A stretch of DNA of 64,000 nt, from contig JABWCP010000017.1 in NCBI GenBank assembly GCA_013360215.1, positions 1-64,000 on the forward strand, written 5' to 3'. Below are positions 41,889 to 51,170 of the stretch, piece after piece. Source of the DNA: a bacterium (GTDB taxonomy: Bacteria; CLD3; SB21). The translations under genes and the position numbers were made by a program. How positions within the stretch are numbered: position 1 is the first letter of the stretch; each line of letters starts with the position of its first letter. The notes beneath the pieces are model-generated. The model saw only the letters and a list, made by a program, of their open reading frames with translations. It searched no databases and was not told where the DNA came from.

Positions 41889-42982
41889 ATCATATCCTTT
41901 ACCAACTTCTCTAATGCTTTCCGGTGGCTAGTAGCCCATGCCAATTCCAGTGCTTTTTTGGGGTAAACCCAACGTAAGGCAGAGTGCTTGCGTTTGACCG
42001 CTTGTCCCCCAATGTAGTCACATTTATAAAAATGTAATGTAACTGTATAATGTGAATAGGCATGCTTATGCACTAATATGCATTTACCGATTTTAGCCCT
42101 AATACCGATTTTGTTTTGCAATTCGCGCTCACAAGTTTTTAAAAGCGATTCACCGGATTCTTTTTTTCCCCCAGGAAATTCCCATAGATTACCCAAAATC
42201 ACATCGGTCGGGCGTTTGGCTGCAAGAATTCTTTTATTTTTAAAAACTATTCCTGCAGCGATATGCAAGTGAGGTTTGATGGTTTTCTTTTTTTTGTTAG
42301 GTAAAATATTAGGATTGGGTAATTCATTATAAGATTTGCAAAATCGGTGTACAGGACAGCGGGTGCATTGAGGCGATTGGGGCGTGCATATCAAAGCGCC
42401 TAGCTCCATGAGTGCTTGATTAAAATCGCCCGGGTTTTCATCCGGTATCATAGATTGCACTAAGCTTTCAATTTGTCGTTTGGTTGCGGACAGATGAACT
42501 TCAGATTCGATTCGGTAAAGCCGACTCATAACACGGATTACGTTTCCGTCAATAGCCGGTAATTTCTTTTGGTAGGCGATACTAAGTACAGCACCGGTAG
42601 TATAATCTCCGAAACCGGGTAAGCTACGTGCAAATTCGTATTGATCCGGTATTCGACCTTGATATTGAGCAACTACGATCTGAGCTGCTTTGTGAAGTAA
42701 AGCGGCTCGACGGTAATAGCCTAAGCCTTCCCAAAGTTTATAGACTTCGTCGGTTTTAGCATTGGCAAGCGATAAAATGTCAGGGAATGCGACCATAAAT
42801 CTTTGATAATAGGGGCGCACTTGCTCCACTTGAGTTTGTTGCAGCATGACTTCCGAAACCCATATGCGATACGCATCCTGTGTTGTACGCCATGGCATCT
42901 CTCGTTTATGTTTGTAGAACCACGGAAGAAGTTTTTTCGTAATTTTTTCCGGTATTTGGGTTGTAGTCCGTCGAGGCGTCAT
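41885..42982 (-). CDS. mutY: A/G-specific adenine glycosylase MutY with C-terminal Nudix-like domain
   Basis: WVSEVMLQQT, WEGLGYY, IDGNVIRV, CTPQSPQCTRCPVHRFC 4Fe-4S motif. Confidence 0.95.
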   Translation of the reverse strand: MTPRRTTTQIPEKITKKLLPWFYKHKREMPWRTTQDAYRIWVSEVMLQQTQVEQVRPYYQRFMVAFPDILSLANAKTDEVYKLWEGLGYYRRAALLHKAAQIVVAQYQGRIPDQYEFARSLPGFGDYTTGAVLSIAYQKKLPAIDGNVIRVMSRLYRIESEVHLSATKRQIESLVQSMIPDENPGDFNQALMELGALICTPQSPQCTRCPVHRFCKSYNELPNPNILPNKKKKTIKPHLHIAAGIVFKNKRILAAKRPTDVILGNLWEFPGGKKESGESLLKTCERELQNKIGIRAKIGKCILVHKHAYSHYTVTLHFYKCDYIGGQAVKRKHSALRWVYPKKALELAWATSHRKALEKLVKDMI

Positions 42983-43008
42983 GGATAGTGTTGGAGGTAA
43001 ATTATTTA

Positions 43009-43037
43009 TTGATAAACGCTGTAGTGTTGTCTATATT
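43009..43037 (+). promoter_or_regulatory. Putative sigma70-type promoter of the dcd operon
   Basis: TTGATA-N17-TATATT. Confidence 0.55.
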
Positions 43038-43093
43038 TATTTCTAATATTGGATTCATTTAGTTTTATTACAATCCTAATTTTATTTATCCCA

Positions 43094-43651
43094 ATGATCT
43101 TAACGGACACTCAGATTTTAGCCGAAATCGCTAAAGGTACCATACGTATTGAACCTTTTCGTCGCGATTGCCTTGGTTCCAATAGTTATGATGTGCATTT
43201 AGGCAAATACCTCGCGGTGTATTCCGAGGAAACTCTAGATTGCAAAAAAGATAATCCGATCGAACATTTTGAGATACCCGAAGAAGGGTATGTATTGATG
43301 CCCACGAAACTTTATCTCGGTGTAACCCAAGAATACACGGAGTCCATGGCCCATGTTCCATTTTTGGAAGGCAAATCGAGTATCGGAAGATTGGGAATTG
43401 ACATTCACGCGACAGCCGGTAAAGGGGATATTGGTTTCTGTAATACATGGACACTCGAAATTTCAGTAAAACACCCCGTACGCGTATACGAGGGTATGCC
43501 CATAGGTCAATTGATTTATTTTGAGGTTTCGGGGCAGATTGAAACACCTTATAATTCTAAGCCGTCGGCTAAGTATAATGAACGCACGATACGTCCTGTC
43601 GCATCCATGATGTTTAAAAATTTTGATCGTGAAAAAAATCGCTGGAAATGA
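43094..43651 (+). CDS. dcd: dCTP deaminase; start ATG 43094
   Basis: MILTD, NSYDVHLG, EGKSSIGRLG, WTLEI, GMPIGQL motifs. Confidence 0.93.
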   Translation: MILTDTQILAEIAKGTIRIEPFRRDCLGSNSYDVHLGKYLAVYSEETLDCKKDNPIEHFEIPEEGYVLMPTKLYLGVTQEYTESMAHVPFLEGKSSIGRLGIDIHATAGKGDIGFCNTWTLEISVKHPVRVYEGMPIGQLIYFEVSGQIETPYNSKPSAKYNERTIRPVASMMFKNFDREKNRWK

Positions 43652-43667
43652 AAGAGCCGATTATAAC

Positions 43668-45221
43668 ATGATGGCTGAACAACAAATGTATTCCCTCTCC
43701 GAAGTGTTGAACGCATTGCGTATGCGTGTGAAACCCGAAACTTTTGCATCGGTATGGTTACAGGAGTGGCTCCGTCAATGCGATGTTGCGCGATTGGAAT
43801 GTTTTGAAGCAAACAATGAAGGTCAATGGAGTTCTATTCTGCGTTGGGAAAAAAACGGCTCTCATAATCCGGCATTAAATTCACAACCGGTTCATCCGAA
43901 TGCAGCGATGCAAATCGCCTTTAAGCAAGCAGAACCTCTAATCGGCGATAGTTCCCAAATATACGGTAAACCATCAGCGGTGCCGATGACATCGGTCGTA
44001 TTGCCCGTTTTATCGGACAAACAAGTAGTAGGCCTTATTGTTGCCGATAAATTGACTGAGCATGAAAAAAATATAAACATACCATTTTTGGAATTATTGT
44101 CATCGTTATGGGGCCTGCACCGCGCCTCTATGGTCGCAACGGAAACTCTCGAAGCCGTTCGATTTGAAAGAGATAATTTACGTGCTCAGATTGAACAGGC
44201 TCTAGCCGCATTTAGGCCGGAAACACCACAAGATGAATTGGCGCGTACATTGATTACGATTGCTCGAAGCTTAGCACAAATGCTGCTACCGTCAATAATT
44301 CAACAAGACAAAAACAATATAGATGCTGTTTTATCTTTCTCAAAAGAAGTTTCCTTTTTTGAAAAAAATGAATTTCATGCAAATTTTTATCAACCGCAGG
44401 AAAATGAGGAGTCGGATATTTCATCGGTCTTAGACGAATCTGTAGACATTGCAAGAAACGATGAGGCGTGTGTCAAAAAAAGATTTATTATAGACTTCAA
44501 AAGGCAAGGTCGTGAAATCGTTTCGTCTGAGTTTAAGCGATTGCAACAATTTATATCTTCCGTATTTTCATTGATGATCAGCTATGGCAAAGAAAATTCA
44601 ACAATAGCCGTTGAATACACGCCTCAAGGTGAATTTATAAAAATTCTAATAAAGGCCGATACCGAAAGAGGGTTTCACGAAAAAATCGGTGATTTTTATG
44701 CTTTCACAGCTAGGTTAAATGGCTGGGAATGTGATTGGTCAGCGCATGAAAACAAGATACAGTGTATTCTATCACTGCGACGTGTTGCGAGTTCGGATTC
44801 ATCGCAGAACACATCACAATCTTTGGCCGACTCGAAAAAGGAAACAAGACTTCTTATTGTTGATGATGACGAATCTTTACGTGAACTTATGGTGGATATT
44901 TTGGAGTCACGTAATTATCAAGTCGTATGTTGTCCGGATGCATCATCGGCGATGGAACAGATTAATAAATTGCGCTACGACATGATCATTACAGATTTAG
45001 GTCTTCCCAATATCAGTGGTTCGGAATTGGCTGCACAGATTAAAGCCTTAAATCCACATCTACCTGTAATGATGATGACCGGGTGGAATATCGATACAGA
45101 GCGTCCGGATGCGCGGACCACATATGTAGATTTTATTTTGCCGAAACCTTTCAATTTGAATGAATTGCTGGAGAAAGTAGAAAACGGTCTCCATGCATCA
45201 CGTACGATGAGGCATTCATGA
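43668..45221 (+). CDS. GAF-like / degenerate histidine-kinase core / receiver-domain protein (pseudokinase)
   Basis: Intact C-terminal REC (LLIVDDD, ITDLGLP, MTGW, PKPF); GAF-like VVLPVLSDKQVVGLIVAD; remnant DHp/CA lacking the His, N and G boxes. Confidence 0.7.
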   Translation: MMAEQQMYSLSEVLNALRMRVKPETFASVWLQEWLRQCDVARLECFEANNEGQWSSILRWEKNGSHNPALNSQPVHPNAAMQIAFKQAEPLIGDSSQIYGKPSAVPMTSVVLPVLSDKQVVGLIVADKLTEHEKNINIPFLELLSSLWGLHRASMVATETLEAVRFERDNLRAQIEQALAAFRPETPQDELARTLITIARSLAQMLLPSIIQQDKNNIDAVLSFSKEVSFFEKNEFHANFYQPQENEESDISSVLDESVDIARNDEACVKKRFIIDFKRQGREIVSSEFKRLQQFISSVFSLMISYGKENSTIAVEYTPQGEFIKILIKADTERGFHEKIGDFYAFTARLNGWECDWSAHENKIQCILSLRRVASSDSSQNTSQSLADSKKETRLLIVDDDESLRELMVDILESRNYQVVCCPDASSAMEQINKLRYDMIITDLGLPNISGSELAAQIKALNPHLPVMMMTGWNIDTERPDARTTYVDFILPKPFNLNELLEKVENGLHASRTMRHS

Positions 45222-46360
45222 AACCTACTTTAATGCTGGTTGATGACGAATCGAGGGTTCTGGAGGTACTTGTTAAAACATTCGAATCCCAATATCAGAT
45301 TTTTTCTTTTACAGGTGCTCATGATGCGCTGGAGTTACTCAAAAGGCAACCGGTTCAGGTGATCATTACCGATGAACGTATGCCAAAAATGAACGGCATG
45401 ACGTTTCTTAAAGAAGCAAAAGTATGGGCTCCCAATACAGTGAATATCATTCTTACGGCCTATACGGATATCAATGTTGCTATCGAAGCAATCAATAGTG
45501 CGGTGGTATATCGTTATGTCGTAAAACCATGGGATACAGATGACCTTAGAACGATCGTGCGTCAAGCTTTTGAACGGTATGCATTGGTACAAGAAAATAA
45601 AAAACTAACTGACGAGCTGATCGCTAAAAATGCGGCACTGGAACAAAACCTGAAACAATTAAAGGAGACTCAGGAAAAACTGCTGCGCCAGGAAAAATTA
45701 GCCGTAGTGGGTCAATTGACGGCGAGTATCGGCCATGAGTTACGCAACCCGCTGTCGCGTATCAAAGCATCCGCCGCGTTGATGCGAAATGAAATTTTAC
45801 CGGAAGAAAAAGAGAAAAAAGAGCTTCTTCAAATCATTGATAATGAGGTCATGATATCTACCAAAATTATTAATGACCTTTTAGATTATTCCCGTGACCG
45901 TAAAACTATTTTTAAATCGGGTAATTTTAATATTATTATTGATGAAACGCTAATGCGCATGCGTTTCCCGGATGAAGTGGAGGTTGTGCGCGAATTGGCA
46001 TCGGATCTGCCGGACAATCAAGTGGATGAAGGTCAGATTCAGCAAATACTTATCAATCTCATGCTTAATGCCATCCAAGCCATGGAATATAGCGGAAAAA
46101 TCTATGTCCGTACTCATCATGACGGAGATGCAGCAATCGTCGAAATCAAAGATACCGGATGCGGTATATCCAACGAAAACCTTGAGCGCATTTTCGAACC
46201 ACTTTTTACTACCAAACCGAAAGGTATAGGCCTTGGTATGTGTATCGTAAAAATGTTAATTGAAAAACACGGTGGCACCATCGGTATTACTAGCAGAGAA
46301 AATATAGGAACTACCGTAAAGATTAGAATTCCATTTCATCCGAATTTTATGGAGAATTGA
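45218..46360 (+). CDS. Cytoplasmic hybrid sensor kinase (REC-HisKA-HATPase)
   Basis: LVDDE, ITDERMP, VKPW; IGHELRNPL, NLMLNA, DTGCG, GIGLG; ATGA overlap with the upstream gene. Confidence 0.93.
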   Translation: MKPTLMLVDDESRVLEVLVKTFESQYQIFSFTGAHDALELLKRQPVQVIITDERMPKMNGMTFLKEAKVWAPNTVNIILTAYTDINVAIEAINSAVVYRYVVKPWDTDDLRTIVRQAFERYALVQENKKLTDELIAKNAALEQNLKQLKETQEKLLRQEKLAVVGQLTASIGHELRNPLSRIKASAALMRNEILPEEKEKKELLQIIDNEVMISTKIINDLLDYSRDRKTIFKSGNFNIIIDETLMRMRFPDEVEVVRELASDLPDNQVDEGQIQQILINLMLNAIQAMEYSGKIYVRTHHDGDAAIVEIKDTGCGISNENLERIFEPLFTTKPKGIGLGMCIVKMLIEKHGGTIGITSRENIGTTVKIRIPFHPNFMEN

Positions 46361-47571
46361 TGTTTCTTCCGATTGCAGACCAGCTTGCAGTTATCAAACG
46401 TGGCATCGTTGACTTAATCCCAGAAGACGAACTTGTAAAAAAACTTGAGAATTCACTCAGAACCTCAAAACCGCTTAAAGTCAAATTAGGCTGTGATCCT
46501 TCACGTCCGGACTTACATATAGGCCATTCTGTGGTACTGAGGAAATTACGCCAATTTCAAGATCTTGGACATCAGGCGATATTGGTGATCGGTGATTTTA
46601 CCGGTATGATCGGCGACCCAACAGGTAAAAATAAAACCAGACCATCGTTATCATTGGAAGAGACACGGCTTAACGGTAAATCGTACCTGGAGCAAGCGTC
46701 TAAGATTTTGGACGCCCAAAAAACAAAAATCGTATATAATTCTGACTGGTTGGGAGCCATGAATTTTGCCGATGTGGTAAAATTGGCCAGTCGGTATACG
46801 GTAGCACGCATGTTGGAGCGAGATGACTTTGAAAACCGTTATCGTAGCGGAGAACCGATCAGTATTCATGAGTTTTTATATCCATTAGCGCAAGGTATGG
46901 ATTCGGTGGCCTTGGAAGCCGATGTGGAGTTGGGCGGTACAGATCAGAGATTCAATTTGTTGGTAGGCCGGGATTTGCAGCGCGAATACCAGCAGCAACA
47001 GCAGGTCATTATTACTATGCCGTTATTGGAGGGGACAGACGGCGTTCAAAAAATGAGCAAATCGTTAAATAATTATATCGGCATTGATGACTCGCCTAAA
47101 GAAATGTTTGGCCGGGCAATGTCTATTCCTGATGCTTTAATTTATAAATATTTTGAATTAACGACGAATGTTGATGCAGGCGAGCTTCATAAAATAAAAA
47201 CAGATTTGGACAGCGGTACAGTAAACCCATCGCACTTAAAACGACGCTTGGCTAAAGAATTGATATCTATTTATCACGATGCCGGGCGTGCGCAAGCGGC
47301 GGAAGAAGAGTTTGATCTGATTTTCAAAAAGAAAGAAATCCCGGAAGACATTCCGGTTATTTCATTGAACAAGGGCACGTGGATCATTTCAAAACTACTA
47401 CTTGAATGTAAATTAGTTGAATCGGGCAAAGAAGCACAAAGACAAATTCAACAAGGTGCCGTGAATATTAATGGTGAAAAAATAACGGATGAACGTGCAG
47501 TTATCCAAATCGAATCGGAGCTTGTGATTAAGGTAGGTAAGAGAAAGTTTTTGAAAATTATTCCGACTTAA
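46360..47571 (+). CDS. tyrS: Tyrosine--tRNA ligase
   Basis: DLHIGH, GGTDQRFN, KMSKS, C-terminal S4 domain (KVGKRKF). Confidence 0.98.
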   Translation: MFLPIADQLAVIKRGIVDLIPEDELVKKLENSLRTSKPLKVKLGCDPSRPDLHIGHSVVLRKLRQFQDLGHQAILVIGDFTGMIGDPTGKNKTRPSLSLEETRLNGKSYLEQASKILDAQKTKIVYNSDWLGAMNFADVVKLASRYTVARMLERDDFENRYRSGEPISIHEFLYPLAQGMDSVALEADVELGGTDQRFNLLVGRDLQREYQQQQQVIITMPLLEGTDGVQKMSKSLNNYIGIDDSPKEMFGRAMSIPDALIYKYFELTTNVDAGELHKIKTDLDSGTVNPSHLKRRLAKELISIYHDAGRAQAAEEEFDLIFKKKEIPEDIPVISLNKGTWIISKLLLECKLVESGKEAQRQIQQGAVNINGEKITDERAVIQIESELVIKVGKRKFLKIIPT

Positions 47572-47574
47572 TCG

Positions 47575-48321
47575 TTAGTCTATAGCCGGAATATCTTGCG
47601 TATCCTCGTCTGGTTCTTTATTAGAAAATATTGCCACAAAACCCATCAGAATTCCATAGGCTATGAAAAGCATCATGACAGGAAACGCAACACGCTGAGG
47701 ATAAATCAAAAAAGCAATAAAACAAACTATCAAAAGCCCAAGTTTGATGCGATCTTCGGTTTTCTGGAATGAAAAATTAGGCATGCCCTCGTAGCGAATT
47801 TTACTGACCATAAGAAACGATACAAGCAAAGTGATTGCAGCCATGACGATAATATGGTTGCAGGCCTGAAATACGTCTATTTCAAATGCTACAAAAGAGG
47901 CGATAGTAATAGCCGACGAGGGAATCGGTAAACCGGTAAAGAAACTGTCTTTTTCCGAATGATCGGCGACGCCGACATTAAAACGTGCTAAACGGATTCC
48001 TCCGAAAACAAGTGGCATGAAGCTGATTAAAATCCCCCATATACCCCAAGGCTCAAAGTAAGCTTTGTAGATCAATACTGCAGGCGCAAATCCAAACGAC
48101 GATACATCGGCGAGAGAATCTAATTCAACCCCAAATTCCGAACTCGACTTGGTGAGGCGTGCAACTTTACCGTCCAGTACATCCATGATGGCCGCAACGA
48201 CAATCAGAGAGGCGGCTTCCATATAATCACCCCGAATGGAGCTGATGACAGAGAGGAAACCGGCAAAAAGATTGAGCGCGGTTACAAGCGATGGCAGATG
48301 CCTTTTGGGCGAGGCTTTCAA
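47575..48321 (-). CDS. pssA: CDP-diacylglycerol--serine O-phosphatidyltransferase
   Basis: DVLDGKVARL...FGVELDSLAD, RLARFN, FTGLPIP; adjacent to psd. Confidence 0.93.
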   Translation of the reverse strand: MKASPKRHLPSLVTALNLFAGFLSVISSIRGDYMEAASLIVVAAIMDVLDGKVARLTKSSSEFGVELDSLADVSSFGFAPAVLIYKAYFEPWGIWGILISFMPLVFGGIRLARFNVGVADHSEKDSFFTGLPIPSSAITIASFVAFEIDVFQACNHIIVMAAITLLVSFLMVSKIRYEGMPNFSFQKTEDRIKLGLLIVCFIAFLIYPQRVAFPVMMLFIAYGILMGFVAIFSNKEPDEDTQDIPAID

Positions 48322-48336
48322 AAGATAAATCCCTGA

Positions 48337-48981
48337 TTACTTTATGATGCCGATTATGGTTTCTCCGGCCGTTGTCGTGTCACCGACTTTAACTTTGATG
48401 TCTACGTTTTTCGGAACGATAATGTCCATGCGGGAACCGAATTTCATAATCCCACAGCGTGTACCGCGATCAACACGGTCGCCTTGTTTTCCGTAAAACA
48501 CTATTCGACGTGCAAGAAGGCCGGTTATTTGTTTGAATAGAATTTTTACACGTGGATGCTCTAGGCCGACGATGGTTTGCTCATTTAGCTCGGATGCTTT
48601 GTCATCAAAAGCTACCATGAACTTACCTTTCATATACTCATAAAAAGCGATTGTCCCACCTAAAGGATAGCGATTGACGTGTACATTGAATACAGACAGA
48701 AAAATACTGATTTGTGTAGCCTCCGACTTGAGGTATTTATCTTCGCGAACATCGCGTATCAAAACAACTTTGCCGTCTGCCGGGGCAATGATCGTATTGT
48801 CATCACCAGCGATTGTTCGTTCGGGATCACGAAAGAACCATAGTACGAGCAGTTCGACTAAAAGCAACGCGATCACCAGTGCGATCCATCCGGAGCCCAG
48901 CGTAGCATACATGATGATTGCTATCGAAACGAGTATGTTTACGATGAAAATCGTTACAAGGCCTTCGCGCGATATTTTCAA
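48337..48981 (-). CDS. psd: Phosphatidylserine decarboxylase proenzyme
   Basis: FFRDPER, APADGKV, IFLSVFNVHVNR, KFGSRMD autocleavage motif. Confidence 0.95.
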   Translation of the reverse strand: MKISREGLVTIFIVNILVSIAIIMYATLGSGWIALVIALLLVELLVLWFFRDPERTIAGDDNTIIAPADGKVVLIRDVREDKYLKSEATQISIFLSVFNVHVNRYPLGGTIAFYEYMKGKFMVAFDDKASELNEQTIVGLEHPRVKILFKQITGLLARRIVFYGKQGDRVDRGTRCGIMKFGSRMDIIVPKNVDIKVKVGDTTTAGETIIGIIK

Positions 48982-48995
48982 AGCAAAATCTCCGG

Positions 48996-49757
48996 TTAAT
49001 CGTGAATGGTTGGTCGCTCATCCCGTGTTTTAGGATGCGTTATCGTTTGTCGTACCTCGCCATAAATTTTATGCAAATCATTTTCTTTAGCGGCGGCTAT
49101 TTCCTTGTCAAATTTGCGGCCGCGGTTAATATCCCACAAACGGCAGGTATCTAAGGTCAATTCGTCAGCCAAATAGATCTTACCTTTTTGCCGGCCAAAT
49201 TCAAGTTTGATGTCTACTAACTGAAAACCGCGACGTTCAAAGAAATTACGAACAATCGCGTTGACCTTACCGGAAAGCCTCTGGATCGTACGTACTTCAT
49301 CCTGATTGGCCGAGCCGAACGCATACAGATGGTATTCGTTGACCATCGGGTTGCCCATTTTATCATTTTTAAAATAAAATTCAATGATCGGAGCAGGTAA
49401 AGGGTCGCCATCGCTCATCTTAAAGTTTTTTGCGAAACTGCCGGCTGCGATATTCCGTACCACGACATAAATAGGAATCATTTCAAGATTGCGTACCACG
49501 AGGGATTTGTCGTCGTATTTGCCGACGTAGTGCGTAGGGATATGATAGCTCTCAAGAAATTGAAATACATACGATGTAAGCTCTGTATTAATCTGACCTT
49601 TCCCACGTGCTTTCATCACTTTTTTTGTATCCATAGGCACGAGATCATTTTTACATTCCATCAACAAATAATCAGGATTATTTGTTGAGTAGAATTTTTT
49701 AATCGTTCCTTCAAGAAATATTTTTTCTTTCTCGAGTTTCTTGATATTAACTTCCAA
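48996..49757 (-). CDS. PurC (SAICAR synthetase) paralog with degenerate active site; start probably TTG 49757
   Basis: Clear short-type PurC fold (GKG, IPTH, VVRN.AAGS, LVDIKLEFG, ADE...DTCRLWD) but altered EGTIK, IPIYVVVRN, KNDKMGNP, DKEIAA; GGAGG SD before TTG. Confidence 0.8.
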   Translation of the reverse strand: MEVNIKKLEKEKIFLEGTIKKFYSTNNPDYLLMECKNDLVPMDTKKVMKARGKGQINTELTSYVFQFLESYHIPTHYVGKYDDKSLVVRNLEMIPIYVVVRNIAAGSFAKNFKMSDGDPLPAPIIEFYFKNDKMGNPMVNEYHLYAFGSANQDEVRTIQRLSGKVNAIVRNFFERRGFQLVDIKLEFGRQKGKIYLADELTLDTCRLWDINRGRKFDKEIAAAKENDLHKIYGEVRQTITHPKTRDERPTIHD

Positions 49758-49797
49758 AATAACCTCCTGCGGATACCGCACTATACTTAAATTAATT

Positions 49798-51096
49798 CTA
49801 TGATTTTATTCCTGCGCGTTCAAAAAGATACCCGATATGCTTCATACTATGCTTCAGATCAAAACATTCATCTATTTCTTCCATCGATAGGCGCGATGTT
49901 ACTTCCGCATTAGCCGTAATGGCTTTTTTGAAGTTACCATCCGGTGCTTCCCATACCGCCATGGCCGTCGTTTGAACGATTTTATACGCCTCTTCGCGTT
50001 TTAGTCCTTTTTTGGCAAGTGCCAGCAATACCGGTTGGCTAAAGATCAAACCTTTGGAACGTTCAATATTGCGCATCATGTTTTCCGGGTACACGATGAG
50101 TTTATCAACGACGCGTATAAATTGTGTTAACATATAATCCAGCAAAATAGTGCTGTCAGGAATGATCACACGCTCGACGGAAGAGTGGGTAATATCTCTT
50201 TCATGCCACAGCGCCACGTTTTCCAGTGCCGCTTGAGCATTACCACGGAGAACGCGAGCCAATCCTGCGACACGTTCGCAGGTAATAGGATTACGTTTAT
50301 GCGGCATCGCCGAAGATCCTTTTTGACCTTTAGAAAAATATTCTTCGGCTTCAAGAACTTCTGTTCGCTGTAAACTGCGAATTTCAGTGGCAAATTTTTC
50401 CAAAGATGCACCGATGACGGCCAGTGTTGCAAGAAAATCGGCATGGAGGTCACGCGGCACGACTTGCGTTGCATTGATTGGTTTTAAGCCAAGAAGCGAA
50501 GCTGTTTTCTCTTCAACGCGCGGATCCAAGTGCTCAAAGGTTCCTACGGCTCCGGATATTTTGGCAACACTGATCGCTGCGACAGCACGTTTCAAACGCT
50601 CGGCATTGCGCGTCATTTCATCATACCACAGTGCCAGTTTTAAACCAAAAGTAACCGGTTCGGCGTGCACGCCGTGCGTACGTCCCATACATGGCGTCAT
50701 CTTGAATTCTAATGCGCGGTGATGGAGTACTTCACGCAGTTGTTGGATATCCTGGAGCAAGATGTTTCCGGCTTCTCGAATCGTCAACGAAAGGGAAGTA
50801 TCCAAAACATCGTTGGATGTCATACCAAGATGTATAAAACGCGAAGGTTCACCGACATATTCGGCGACGTTTGTAAGGAATGCAATCACGTCATGCTTGA
50901 CTTCGGCTTCGATCTCCAAAACGCGTGCCGTATCAAAACGTGCACGGGATTTGATAGCGGCTAATGCATCGCCAGGTATATAACCCAAATCCGCTTGCGC
51001 TTCGCAAACGGCTATCTCCACGTCAAGCCATTTTTGAAATTTATTTTCGTCCGACCAGATTTTTCCTAGCTCCGGGCGTGTATATCGTGTTATCAT
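49798..51096 (-). CDS. purB: Adenylosuccinate lyase
   Basis: GRTHGVHAEP, GSSAMPHKRNPITCE, ALWHERDITHSSVER motifs. Confidence 0.98.
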   Translation of the reverse strand: MITRYTRPELGKIWSDENKFQKWLDVEIAVCEAQADLGYIPGDALAAIKSRARFDTARVLEIEAEVKHDVIAFLTNVAEYVGEPSRFIHLGMTSNDVLDTSLSLTIREAGNILLQDIQQLREVLHHRALEFKMTPCMGRTHGVHAEPVTFGLKLALWYDEMTRNAERLKRAVAAISVAKISGAVGTFEHLDPRVEEKTASLLGLKPINATQVVPRDLHADFLATLAVIGASLEKFATEIRSLQRTEVLEAEEYFSKGQKGSSAMPHKRNPITCERVAGLARVLRGNAQAALENVALWHERDITHSSVERVIIPDSTILLDYMLTQFIRVVDKLIVYPENMMRNIERSKGLIFSQPVLLALAKKGLKREEAYKIVQTTAMAVWEAPDGNFKKAITANAEVTSRLSMEEIDECFDLKHSMKHIGYLFERAGIKS

Positions 51097-51170
51097 GCGT
51101 TATGTTCATCCGGCAGTACTATGGGGTACCAAATTACTGCCGTCGTTTGCCTATCTGAATTTTATCTAAA

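Noticed and set aside
46990-47004. CAG/CAA run encoding QQQQQ in tyrS as a phase-variable repeat
   Set aside because: Short, in-frame, mixed-codon run in an essential gene
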